Shown one piece after another: positions 31,906 to 41,877 of a stretch of 64,000 nucleotides of DNA. How positions within the stretch are numbered: the first letter of the stretch is position 1; every line of letters begins with the position of its first letter. The notes under the pieces are model-generated. The model saw nothing but the letters and a program-made list of their open reading frames with translations. It had not been told where the DNA came from and searched no databases. A program made the translations under genes and the position numbers. Origin of the DNA: Gemmatimonadaceae bacterium (GTDB taxonomy: Bacteria > Gemmatimonadota > Gemmatimonadetes > Gemmatimonadales > Gemmatimonadaceae); contig JBGAJQ010000010.1 of the NCBI GenBank assembly GCA_044224875.1, positions 32,001 to 96,000 of the forward strand, in the 5' to 3' direction.

Positions 31906-32408
31906 AGGACGCGGTCCCCACGCTTGAGGGAGCGCACGTGCATGGTCCCGTCGGCGACGTCAAAGAACACGGACCGCCCGTGGTCCCCGCCGACGTCCTC
32001 GGCGGCCAAGGTGATGCCCGCCGCATCCAGGGCCCGCCGCGTCGCCTCGATGTTTCGTTCGCCTACATTGATGCCACCCGTTGCCAGCAGCGCGCCAAAC
32101 ATCGAAGCTCCGCCGGCAATCTTGGCCACCGGCCGACCACTGGCGCCTGCGCGTTGCAGCTGCGCGAGCAAGTACGGCACGGCATGCACGGCGCTCCGGG
32201 CCGGCCGAACCACTGGGCCGGGTCGCTCCTCGTTCGGGAGGAGGATATGGGCCAACGCACCCACCCGCGTCGACGGGTCGTAGAGCGCCAAGGCGATACA
32301 CGACCCCAATCCGTGCGTCGCAAGGATGCCGCGCTCCCTCGCCACTGCGGTTTCGGCGACGTTCACTTGCGTTTCTGGCGGAGTCGCCAGCACGTCGCGA
32401 GCACTCAT
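31902..32408 (-). CDS. cheD: CheD chemoreceptor glutamine deamidase
   Basis: GLGSC, AHILLP, AKIAGGASMF, VGERN, EDVGG. Confidence 0.93.
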   Translation of the reverse strand: MSARDVLATPPETQVNVAETAVARERGILATHGLGSCIALALYDPSTRVGALAHILLPNEERPGPVVRPARSAVHAVPYLLAQLQRAGASGRPVAKIAGGASMFGALLATGGINVGERNIEATRRALDAAGITLAAEDVGGDHGRSVFFDVADGTMHVRSLKRGDRVL

Positions 32409-34013
32409 GAGAGCCTGCGCGCGGTTTCGAGGTTATTGCGCGCCATCGGATTCTCCGGAGCAAGCGCCAACGATCGCTCCCAGCATCGCATGGCTTCGTC
32501 TCGCTCTCGCCGTCGGTACCTGATGTTGCCCATCTTCAGGTACACGTCGCCGCCCAGATCGGGTTCCTGGCGCGTAGCTCGCTGATACGCCTCCAACGCG
32601 TCATCGTAGCGGCCCGCTCGATAGGCAAGGTCGCCTGCATTCTTCTGCAACTGCGGGAGCGTGGGATTCTCCATCAATCCACGCTCCGTCGCCGATTCGG
32701 CGTCGCCGAGCCGCACCCGTCGCTCGTACATGGCGGCCAGGTTGTTGTACAGCACGGCGGCGTGCGGGTGCGTGGCGATGCCTTCGTTCAGGATGGCAAT
32801 TCCACGGTCACAGTCCCCGCGAAGTCAGCGCCGCATAGTGGAAGAACGCCGCTGGCCGCACGCGCGTCCCCCACTTCTCGGCATCGAGTCGGAAGTACTC
32901 TTCGGCCCCGCTGACGTCCCCGCGACGCAACGCCAGAACACCTAACGCGAAGCGCACCACGGGTTCTTCCGGGGACACTCGCTCGGCTTCGCGCAAGGCG
33001 GCCCGTGCCTCTTCCAGCCGACCCAGGCGTTCGAGCGCGTAGGCGAGATTCACGTGCGAAGAAAGGTCCGCCCCGGGTCGCGACGCGATTAGCCGGAAGG
33101 CGCGCACGGCGTCGTCGAACCGTCCCTGACGAAGGGCAATGAGCCCGAGGTAGTGCTCCGCAACGCGTTCACCCGGTCGCAACTCCGTCACACGACGGAA
33201 CTCCCGAGCGGCTTCGTCCAGCATCGCCGTCTTATAGAAGGCGACGCCAAGATTCCTGTGCTCCGACAACTTGTTGTCGTTGGATGGGTTTTCAGCGGCT
33301 TTCGAGCGTCCAACGCGGTGCAGGAAACCAGCTGTCGCCAGCCCAAACAGCGCCTTGCCAACCTCGAACTCCCCCAAGCCGGATTCTTCCACGATCGCTG
33401 CGACATCGCGTTCCCCGTCCACCAGGGGCACCAGCATCTCCTGTTCGCTCGTCAGCTCCGGGCGGCCTTCGTCGATGCGATAGCGGTCGAGCGCGAAGAT
33501 GACATCGAAGCCCGGGATCTTCTTTTCGATCTGGCTCCACTCGTCGACTCGGCGCGCGCCTTCGAGGAGGAGCGATTCGGGGTTGATGGAGACGAGGAAG
33601 TCCTGGTGCTCGGGCACCACGTCCGGCTCAAACGTGAAGGAGCCTTGGGTCCACGTGAAGAGATAGTAGACCGCCTCTTCAATCTGGTGCTTGATGTAGC
33701 GATGCAGCTCCTCGCGTGCGATCAGGCCACGGGACACCAGGATCTCGCCCAATCGCAGCTGCGTGTGCGAGGATTGCTGCGAAATCGCTTCGTCAAGCTC
33801 CGCGCGAGTGAGAAGGCCATGCTTGACGAGGATGTCTCCCAGTCGGTCGCGTCGGTTCACGATAGACGCGAAGCTGATGCGACCCTTCTCGAAGTAGATC
33901 GTGCCGAACGCCTGCTTGTGGGTCACGCTCAGGCACCCCGACTTGCCGCCCATCGCCAGGAGCTGCAACACGTCAGGAAGCGAGGCTTCTCTCAAGGATC
34001 CGCGAATGGCCAT
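32405..34013 (-). CDS. DUF4388 (PATAN-like) plus TPR protein, frameshifted near 32810
   Basis: N-terminal MAIRGSLREASLPDVLQLL, RLGDILV repeats, LLLEGARRVDEW. TPRs continue in another frame (GDCDRGIAILNEG...LYNNLA) to 32405. Confidence 0.82.
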
Positions 34014-35804
34014 TTAGTGCGTCTCCTCGACGATGCGTCCGTCGACGTCTGGCCAGTCGGTGACGAGCTTCTCCGGATCCAGGAAGTACGTATCGATGCC
34101 CTCGCGCGTCTGCAGCGCCGGCATGGCCGGCACGGGTGTGGCAATGCGCGTTCGAGCGGGCCGCGTATCGATCGTCGGCGCGGCGGCCTCGTCGCCGGGG
34201 GGCACGGGCGTATGCCGCGCGATACGCTCGGCGTCGCTCACGCGGCCTAGTTCGACCACTAATCCACCATCGAGACGCGATCGGAGGCGTGGAGCGATAT
34301 CCGTCAGATGCGACGGCAACACGGCGCTCGCGAACACCACTTGCTTGCGGGCGTCGTGCATGGCGTTGAAGAGATGGAACAGTTCTTCCTGCGCGCGCTC
34401 CTTTCCTGCCAACAGGTGCACATCGTCGATCAGCAACGCATCGCAGGCGCGGTATCGCGCGCGCCAGCGAGCCATCGTGTCTGCCTGCAAAGCCTCGATC
34501 AGCTCACGCGTGAACGTCTCGATGTCGGTACAGGCGACCGTCCACGTTCCCTTGTCCCTGGCGCGCAGGGCGTTGCCGATCGCATGCAGGAGGTGTGTCT
34601 TCCCCGAGCCACCGGGGCCGGTGATCACCAGCGGGTTATACTGCGCCGCAGGTGCCGCCACGATCCCGGCGGCACTGCGCATCGCCAGGTGATTCGCTGG
34701 CGTAGAGACGAGCCGCTCGAGTGTGAATTCGGGATTGGGTGCCGGCGGTGGTTCACAGAGCGCATAGGCGCGCAGCAACAGGTCTTCGGCGTCCGCAAGC
34801 CGTTCCGGGTCCCGGAAGACCGCCAACCCCGTGAACTTCGGGTCCAAACGAATGGCGTCGCCTTCAATGACGCGCAACCGCTCACACGCCGAGGCGAACC
34901 GGGCCTCGAGCCCATCCACGTCCGGTACTTCCGGCAGCTCCAACGCGCGTTCCAGCAGGTCCGTGCGAAACCCTTCGCCGGACCAGTGCGCAATGCGCTC
35001 ACCAAGCCGCACGCGCCATTCCTCCACGGTTTGCGCGACCGCCACCGCGAGGTCAGAGACGAAGCTGGCGAATTCGTCGACCGGCTCAGCGGCCACGTTC
35101 ATGGCGTTGGCGCGGCGCACGTCTTCGGCGCGAATCGGACGCTCGGCGATCGACTGCTGCGCGATCAGGCGGTTGAGTGCGCCTTGCAGCTCGCGCACAT
35201 TGGCCGACGGGTTTCGTGCAAGTTCCTCCAGCACCCCAGGACTGAACGTCAGCGAGCGCTCGGTACACTTGTTCTTGAGGATTGCGATGCGCGTCTCGAG
35301 GTCGGGAGCACCGATATCGACGGTGAGGCCACCGGCCAATCGCGTCAGCAGACGCTGGTCCACATCGGCGATCTCGCTCGGCGGGCGGTCCGACGTCATC
35401 ACGATCTGGCGCCCGCTCGCCTGCAACGCGTTCAGGACCCGCAGCATCTCACTCTGCGTCTCCGTCCGCCCCGTGAGAAACTGCACATCGTCCAGGAGCA
35501 GCGCCCCGACGCCTTGCCACCGGCGTTTGAAGCTGTCGGCCTGGCCTGCGCCGATCGCGGCATTCAGCTGGTCGACGAAGTCGTCCAGGGAGAGGTACTC
35601 GACCTGAAGCTCCGGATGCATCGAGCGAATAGCGAACCCCAAGGCACCCATCAGGTGGGTCTTCCCCATCCCGGAACCCGAGTAGATGAAGAGCGGGTTG
35701 TACACGGTACCCGGCGACTCCACAACAGCCTTCGCGGCGGACACGGCCAAACGGTTGGCACTACCCACCACATAGTTGTCGAATCGGAATCGGCCGTCGA
35801 TCAC
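34014..35804 (-). CDS. Tandem DnaA/Hda-type AAA+ protein lacking DnaA domains I and IV
   Basis: Two modules: YNPLFIYSGSGMGKTHL/LLLDDVQFL/NVRELQG and YNPLVITGPGGSGKTHL/LLIDDVHLL/RLRSRL. No HTH after either module. Confidence 0.88.
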   Translation of the reverse strand: MIDGRFRFDNYVVGSANRLAVSAAKAVVESPGTVYNPLFIYSGSGMGKTHLMGALGFAIRSMHPELQVEYLSLDDFVDQLNAAIGAGQADSFKRRWQGVGALLLDDVQFLTGRTETQSEMLRVLNALQASGRQIVMTSDRPPSEIADVDQRLLTRLAGGLTVDIGAPDLETRIAILKNKCTERSLTFSPGVLEELARNPSANVRELQGALNRLIAQQSIAERPIRAEDVRRANAMNVAAEPVDEFASFVSDLAVAVAQTVEEWRVRLGERIAHWSGEGFRTDLLERALELPEVPDVDGLEARFASACERLRVIEGDAIRLDPKFTGLAVFRDPERLADAEDLLLRAYALCEPPPAPNPEFTLERLVSTPANHLAMRSAAGIVAAPAAQYNPLVITGPGGSGKTHLLHAIGNALRARDKGTWTVACTDIETFTRELIEALQADTMARWRARYRACDALLIDDVHLLAGKERAQEELFHLFNAMHDARKQVVFASAVLPSHLTDIAPRLRSRLDGGLVVELGRVSDAERIARHTPVPPGDEAAAPTIDTRPARTRIATPVPAMPALQTREGIDTYFLDPEKLVTDWPDVDGRIVEETH

Positions 35805-35807
35805 GGG

Positions 35808-36412
35808 CTATCTCCCCACGCCGGCGGTGGCGTTCAACCGTCGCAACACCATCTCGGAGATGTTGCGCAGCGTTTCGAACACGCCCACCCCAGTTAAAGC
35901 ATCGGCCGAATGACTCGGGACGCCACGGAAATTGAGCGATTCATCCAGCTCGCTCGGCGTCCAGATCAGGTCGTGCGGGAGGTCCTGCTTGTTGTACTGC
36001 ATCACCATGGGGATCGCGCGCGCGTCCACATGTTGCTCTGACCAAGGCCTCATGGAGTCGCGGAGGCTATCGGGTTCTCCTCTTTTCTCGTCGCTGACTG
36101 TCAGCGACGAAGACCACCACATCCGCACCCCTGTAGTACCAGCTTGCGCGTGGTGCGGTAGTACCTTTCAGCCGGGCACCGTATACGGCACAAATCGCGT
36201 CGCAAGCCGAGGAATCATCACACGGAGTCCGGGAGAAAATCAAAGAAGAGCGTGCGCTCATTCTGCGTGGCGAGCGATACCATCGTCCCGCGGCGGTCTG
36301 CCGGCACCCGCTCGTAGATGTACTGCAGGTTGCTGGTCTTGCCGGAGCGACCTGGCCCATAGTACACGATCTTGCAGGTGATCTCACGACCCGGGTAGTT
36401 GATAACGGGCAT
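35808..36412 (-). CDS. mglA: MglA-family small GTPase, several indels at about 36020-36230
   Basis: [49 protein letters not shown] and QYNKQD are recoverable across frames. Confidence 0.85.
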
Positions 36413-36414
36413 CG

Positions 36415-36868
36415 TCAGGCGGCTCCGAACAACGTGGCCAGACTTGCCTGGAGGTCGCGCTCAAAACTCCGGCAGCACGGTGGCGGGGTCGGCGTCTGGC
36501 CGACGCAAGGCGGTCGCCAGCTGCTCCCAGAACACGCGCACGAGACCTAACGATGACCGACCGTCCCAGACCGCGAGCACCAGGCGGGCCGGCGCGGCCT
36601 CGGGAATGGGCGCGAGAAAGAGCTGCCGTGCACCGCCGGCGTGATGGATCGGGCCCAGGGTGCGATCGGACAGCATCTCCCCCAATTCGCGCGTGCTTGC
36701 CTGGATCGCCGATGCCAGTGTGCTTGCCGACACGACATCCACGCGGCGCGTGAATCCGTGCTGCGCGATGACACGTCCGTCCGCCTCGAGTAGCAACGCG
36801 AGCTGCAGCTCGGCATCGCGAACAAAGTCAGCCAAGGCAGCATGGGTGGCGGCGGGTGTGGCCGTCAT
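36415..36868 (-). CDS. mglB: MglB-like roadblock/LC7 protein (stop at 36461 probably a homopolymer error)
   Basis: DGRVIAQHG and SSLGLVR motifs. Removing one T gives ...[21 protein letters not shown], ending 2 nt before the mglA ATG. Confidence 0.75.
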
Positions 36869-37206
36869 ACCAACAACCCCATCGCTTGCTGAAGCGCCAT
36901 GCGAACACGCCCGGTCGACATCCGCGCGTCGCCCAGGATGACAAGGGTGACGTCGTCGTTGCCGGCCATGCACAGGCGACCCCGTTCTGCGTCGACCGAG
37001 ACGTAGCGAGGCAGTTCGCCAAGGGCCCCATGCGATACGGTGCGCGAGGCACGGAACACCGCGTTCCCGAACGCAGCGACTTGATCGGGACGCACGTCCT
37101 GATGCGCGATGGCATCCACGACCACGCCGTCGGTGGCGGCCACAATCGCTCCGCGCACACCGGGCATGAAGGACAATGCCTCGACGACCTCACGATAGCG
37201 GTTCAC
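36865..37206 (-). CDS. Roadblock/LC7 protein
   Basis: PGVRGAIVAATDGVVV, TGRVRM; 113 aa; 4-nt overlaps on both sides. Confidence 0.85.
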   Translation of the reverse strand: MNRYREVVEALSFMPGVRGAIVAATDGVVVDAIAHQDVRPDQVAAFGNAVFRASRTVSHGALGELPRYVSVDAERGRLCMAGNDDVTLVILGDARMSTGRVRMALQQAMGLLV

Positions 37207-37961
37207 AGGGCGCCTCCCATCCGCAGCCGAACGCCCGCTGCTTCGGCGGGCACCACGGCCAGTACGCGGCCGGCAGCTCCCTCACCCGCTGCCACCGTCA
37301 GGAGCAACATTTGTGGCATTGGCGCGGAGACGGCTAGCGCACTGGTGGCCGACTCAACCAGGCAGGTGTTCCAACGGCCGAGCGCGAGGTGCTGAGTCGC
37401 TACAGTCAGGGCGCGGGCCAGTCCACTCATGTCACACGCCACCGTGGCACGCTGCGCCGACGCGCCGTCTCCGCCCAGCGTCCCCGCCAGCACCAACCCG
37501 TCGGTGTTCGTCAGCAAGGCTACGGGAGCGGCGTCTCCCGGGCCTTCCTCGGGCAGGGGGTGTATCGGCGCCGCGGTGGTCACGGAATCTTCCTGAGGTG
37601 CCGGCGCGGTTTCCTCCGCCGTTCCCGCGGCAGCTCGCACACGTGCCAACGCGGCCTTCGCGCCCGCGTCGGGGGCACGGAGAGGGCATCCGAAAGGAGA
37701 CGCTCGGCAGCGAGCAAGTCGCCACGCCGAAAGGCGAGGAACCCGAGTCCCTTGATGGCACCCACGTGCCCGGGATGCAGGGTACGCGCCGTCTCCCAGG
37801 CATCTGCTGCGAGGTCCAACAGGTCGCACGCCACCAGCACGCGGGCATACGCATCGTGCGCGTGAGGATCGTATGGCGCGCGCGCCAACGCGGCCTCGGC
37901 CATCGCGCCGCGACTGCAGCCGCGGATCGAGCGTGGGCACGGAGAGGAGTGCGTCACGCAT
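37203..37961 (-). CDS. TPR plus roadblock/LC7 fusion, frameshifted
   Basis: TPR segment (AHDAYARVL...GAIKGLGFLAFRRGD) in one frame and roadblock (LLTNTDGLVLAG, LALGRW) in another. Confidence 0.65.
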   Translation of the reverse strand: MRDALLSVPTLDPRLQSRRDGRGRVGARAIRSSRARCVCPRAGGVRPVGPRSRCLGDGAYPASRARGCHQGTRVPRLSAWRLARCRASPFGCPLRAPDAGAKAALARVRAAAGTAEETAPAPQEDSVTTAAPIHPLPEEGPGDAAPVALLTNTDGLVLAGTLGGDGASAQRATVACDMSGLARALTVATQHLALGRWNTCLVESATSALAVSAPMPQMLLLTVAAGEGAAGRVLAVVPAEAAGVRLRMGGAL

Positions 37962-39099
37962 GTACCACCTCCAGCAGCGTGGTCAGGCGACTCGCATGGG
38001 CGATTGCCTCGCGCGCCTTTTCCGTCGAAGCACCAGTCGGGTCGGCCTCGACCGCGCGTTTCCAAAGGTCCATCGCGCGTTCCAGGTCGCCGGCGCGCGC
38101 CGCCAGTTGCGCCGACAGCATCAGTGCCCCCACACATCGTGGGTCGACGGCCAAGGCGCGTTGCAGCGCCGACTGCGCATCTGCCGTGCGATTGAGCGAA
38201 AGAAGGGCTCGCGCCACGTCGACCAACGCATCCACGTGCTGTGGCGAGCGCTCGGCGGCGCGCTCTGCCAATCGCAACGCGTCGTCACTTCGGCCGTCGT
38301 GCAGGGCTTCGCGGGCATCCGCCAGCAGCATCACGGGATCGTCGTCGACTGGCTGCGCCGGAACGTACGGTGTGGCCGCTCGTTGCAGCGAGAGGACTCC
38401 CGTCGACACCAACCCATACATGACCTTTGCGACCTCGAAGTCGCTGCGACCCAACATGGACGACACGGATCGAATGTCGGAGACGCCGTCCACAGCGACG
38501 AGCACCTCCCATTCGGAGGGGAGGAGCTCCAGCCGCGAGGGGTGGGCCGGGTCGACGTCCGCGTACACGGGCACCATGGCGACGTCTGGCACGAGGTCGG
38601 CGATGCGTGTCCACTCGTCAATGCGGCGGGCCCCCTCCATGAGCAGGGCCTCGGCGGACACACCGCGGACCGTTTCCACGTGGGGTGCCTCGCCCGCCGA
38701 CTCGGCGAACGAGAAGAAGCCTTCTTCCCACGACAGCAGCTCGAACACCACCGCTTCGATCTGTTGATGCACGTGACGGTCAAGCTCCCGGGCGGTCACG
38801 GCGCCCATAGCCACGAGGATCTCGCCAATGCGCCTTGGCTCATCGGGAGCCTGCTGCAGCGTCCGCGCTTCCTCCAAGCGTTCCGCGGATATGCGGCCCG
38901 CACGCACGAGGATCTGCCCGATCGGATACGGGTTGCTGCGCATGCTCGCGGCCACGATGCGGCCGTTCTGAAAGTGGACCACCCCCTCGTTGTCGCGCAG
39001 GGTGGACGACACGCGCAAGCGCCCCGTCTTCCGGCTCAGGTCCAGCAGCTGGAAGACATCGTGGATGCCCAACTCGCGCAGGGGGCCTTCGATCGCCAT
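37954..39099 (-). CDS. DUF4388 (PATAN-like) plus TPR protein
   Basis: MAIEGPLRELGIHDVFQLL, IGQILV/IGEILV repeats, LLMEGARRIDEW, C-terminal TPRs. Confidence 0.88.
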   Translation of the reverse strand: MAIEGPLRELGIHDVFQLLDLSRKTGRLRVSSTLRDNEGVVHFQNGRIVAASMRSNPYPIGQILVRAGRISAERLEEARTLQQAPDEPRRIGEILVAMGAVTARELDRHVHQQIEAVVFELLSWEEGFFSFAESAGEAPHVETVRGVSAEALLMEGARRIDEWTRIADLVPDVAMVPVYADVDPAHPSRLELLPSEWEVLVAVDGVSDIRSVSSMLGRSDFEVAKVMYGLVSTGVLSLQRAATPYVPAQPVDDDPVMLLADAREALHDGRSDDALRLAERAAERSPQHVDALVDVARALLSLNRTADAQSALQRALAVDPRCVGALMLSAQLAARAGDLERAMDLWKRAVEADPTGASTEKAREAIAHASRLTTLLEVVHA

Positions 39100-41834
39100 C
39101 AGGCCGCTCCCCGCCGCCGTTGCGGCGCGAAGATACGTTCCAGGTCCTGCGCCGTCCGCGTGTCGCGCCGGGCTCGGCGCGCGTACTCGCTCGCCGGTTC
39201 CAACAGCTGCACGCGCTGCCAGCGATCCATCGCCTCGCTGTAACGGTGCGCCTCGGCCAGCAAGACACCGTCGAAGTAGAGCGCTGCCACGTGGTCCGGG
39301 TCGAATCGCAGGACCCGCGCGAAGGCATGCGCGGCGTCTTCGCGCCGGCCCATCAGGAAGAGCGACTCACCTAACGAGGCGATCCCATCCAGGTGGTATG
39401 GGTTGCGGCGGAGGAGGTCCACGAGGAGATCGACCGTCTCCGCCGAGCGGCCGTGCGTGCGACGCAGCGATGCCAGCAGCAGCGCGGCATCGTCGCGCCC
39501 GGAATCGTAGGCCAGGACGGCTTCCAGCTCGGACTCGGCGCTTCCGACCTCTCCCTGCGCGGCGAATAGCTGCGAGAGTTGAATTCGGGCGGAAACCAGT
39601 GACGGGTCGAGGGCCAGCGCATGCCGGTAGGCCTCCAACGCACGCACCGAGTCACCAGCGGCCCGCAGGGTGTCACCCATGAGCGCTGCAATGTCCGCGC
39701 GAAGCGGGGCGAAGCGGCGCGCGTGCTCCAGTGCCTCGAGCGTACGCTCGAGGTCCCCGGACGCCCCGTGCGCGCGGGCTGCCAGGAGCAGGATGTCGAC
39801 ATCCTGCGGCGTTCGTTCGAGGATAGAGGCCACGACCTCCAAGGCCTCTCCTGCTCTTCCCAGCTGCAACAGCACGCGCGCTTCGCCGGCCGCCGCCGTT
39901 GCATCGTCCTCGGTGAGGGCCCGTGCCTGGCGAAACCGATCGAGGGCTTCGCCATACATGCCGCTCCGTTCGTACCACTCGGCCAACAGAGCGAGCCCGT
40001 CCACCCGGGGGGCGCCATGCGACATGGCGCGCGAAGCTTCGGCGATGGCGCGTTCGATGTCTCCGGAGGCAGCCAGGTCTCGGGCCCGCGCGTAGTCGTC
40101 GGCGACCGGAGGCATCTCGGCATCGGGTTCGAGGGCACGAAACAACGCGTGCAAGGCCTCGGCATCGAAGTGAAAATGCTCCACCGACTCGTCTCGTCGG
40201 TCGCCCGCAAGGTCCGGGGACACGCCAACGCGCGGGTCTTCCCATGAAAACTCCACCGACAGCTCGAACTTCTGCGCGACGTAGAACGAGTCCAGCTCCA
40301 GGGCGCGTTTGGTCTCCCGCAACGCACCGGCGAAGTCACCCAGGTTCGAAAGGGCGAATCCCAGGTTATAACGTGCCTCGGCGAAGGTGGGTCGCGCGTC
40401 GACCGCGCGCATGAAGGCGTTGCGAGCGTCCTCGAACTTGCGCCATGCACCGAAGACGAGTCCCACGCCGTTCCATGCCACGGGATGGTCGGGTGAGGCT
40501 CGCAATGTCTGGCGGTAGGCGTCCAGACATAGCGCGAACTCCCGTTGCTTGAAGAGCAGCAAGGCCAGGTTCAACCGCGCGCGGACCAGCGATGGCGTCA
40601 CCACCAGGGCATGCTTGAATGCATCCACGGCCTGCTCGAGCTGACCGAGATGAAAGTGGGCCACCCCGAGGTTGTTCCAGGCGATCCCGTAGCTACCGTC
40701 GCAGGTGAGCGCACGCTCATAGGCGTCGCGTGCCTCGCGCGCGCGGCCGTCCTGATGCAACGACACGCCACGCTCGTTCCAGTACTTCGCGCGATCTGGC
40801 GCGACACGCAGGAGCGCATCGTACAACGACAAGGCACTCGCCGTCTGTCGCTGTATGAGGTGGACCTCCGCCATCGCTTCCATGGCCACCGTACGCGACT
40901 CGCCCCGCTCAATGGCCAGGGTGTACTCGCGAAGCGCTTCGCGCAGGTATCCCTTCTGTCGGAACGCGAGGCCGAGGTTGATGTGGGCCGAAGCGGCACC
41001 GGCGCCTTGCTGTTCGCCATCGATCGACGGCAACGGCGTCCGCGAGATCCGCGCGGCGGTGCTGAAACGTTCCAGCGACAGGTTGGTGTGCGCCCGGCCT
41101 AACGATGGATTCAGTTGCGACGCCCGGGCGGTAGCTTCCTTGGCGCGTTCGGCATCGCCTTGATCGCCGAGGATGAAGGCCAACAGGAAGTGCGCATCGG
41201 CGGAGTCGGGGTCGGCTTGGAGTGCGCGATGCACGGCCAGCGCCGCCTCATCATTCAGCCCGCGGTGATACGCAATCTCGGCGGCGATGAGGTTGACCTG
41301 CGAGTCCTCAGGATGCAGCGCCAACGCTCGCGCACTGGCAGACGAAGCCTCCTCCATGCGCCCGCGGCGCTGTTCGGCCTGAGCAAGCCCGCGCAGCGCG
41401 CGCACGTCGTGCGGATCCGACTTCACCAGCGCGTTGAACTGGGCGATCGCCGCGGCATGCTCGCCTAACAGCAGGTGCCATCGTCCCAGCGCGTGCCGAG
41501 CCGCGGCGTCCGCCGGATCAGCGGTCACGCGATGAGTCAGTTCCGACGTCCGCCGCTCGTACAAGCCGGTCGAGAAGCACGCGACCTCGAGGTTACGCTG
41601 GGCCACGACCATCTTGGGGTCGCGATCGAGGGCCAGCGCAAATTGGTCCGCGGCAGCATCCACCCACCCCTTCGTGAAGTAGAGTACGCCGAGGTTGTTG
41701 TGTGCGCCGGCGTCCTCGGTGTCGATGCGCTCAGCAAACGACGCCAGGATCGCGCGATCGCGCTCACTCACGTGGGACGCACTCGCGGGCGAGTGCACGG
41801 CATCGGGCGCGACGGCCGTCGTCGCGTGGTCCAT
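39099..41834 (-). CDS. Large cytoplasmic TPR scaffold (about 910 aa)
   Basis: Many canonical TPRs (AHNNLGVLY, AWNNLGVAH, ARYNLGFAL); no signal peptide. Start set at ATG 41834. Confidence 0.88.
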   Translation of the reverse strand: MDHATTAVAPDAVHSPASASHVSERDRAILASFAERIDTEDAGAHNNLGVLYFTKGWVDAAADQFALALDRDPKMVVAQRNLEVACFSTGLYERRTSELTHRVTADPADAAARHALGRWHLLLGEHAAAIAQFNALVKSDPHDVRALRGLAQAEQRRGRMEEASSASARALALHPEDSQVNLIAAEIAYHRGLNDEAALAVHRALQADPDSADAHFLLAFILGDQGDAERAKEATARASQLNPSLGRAHTNLSLERFSTAARISRTPLPSIDGEQQGAGAASAHINLGLAFRQKGYLREALREYTLAIERGESRTVAMEAMAEVHLIQRQTASALSLYDALLRVAPDRAKYWNERGVSLHQDGRAREARDAYERALTCDGSYGIAWNNLGVAHFHLGQLEQAVDAFKHALVVTPSLVRARLNLALLLFKQREFALCLDAYRQTLRASPDHPVAWNGVGLVFGAWRKFEDARNAFMRAVDARPTFAEARYNLGFALSNLGDFAGALRETKRALELDSFYVAQKFELSVEFSWEDPRVGVSPDLAGDRRDESVEHFHFDAEALHALFRALEPDAEMPPVADDYARARDLAASGDIERAIAEASRAMSHGAPRVDGLALLAEWYERSGMYGEALDRFRQARALTEDDATAAAGEARVLLQLGRAGEALEVVASILERTPQDVDILLLAARAHGASGDLERTLEALEHARRFAPLRADIAALMGDTLRAAGDSVRALEAYRHALALDPSLVSARIQLSQLFAAQGEVGSAESELEAVLAYDSGRDDAALLLASLRRTHGRSAETVDLLVDLLRRNPYHLDGIASLGESLFLMGRREDAAHAFARVLRFDPDHVAALYFDGVLLAEAHRYSEAMDRWQRVQLLEPASEYARRARRDTRTAQDLERIFAPQRRRGAA

Positions 41835-41877
41835 TGCGTCCGTGTACTGCAAGGCTCGCCCCGCCGCGGCGGACGCG

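Noticed and set aside
34014..35804. Calling this gene dnaA, or inferring oriC nearby
   Set aside because: No DNA-binding domain IV, no dnaN/recF/gyrB context, and no adjacent AT-rich DnaA-box array.
34308..35897. 529-aa plus-strand ORF, and similar long ORFs at 6662-8317, 10293-11594, 14000-15424, 37313-38767 and 37873-39243
   Set aside because: All lie antisense to well-supported genes and show no family motifs.
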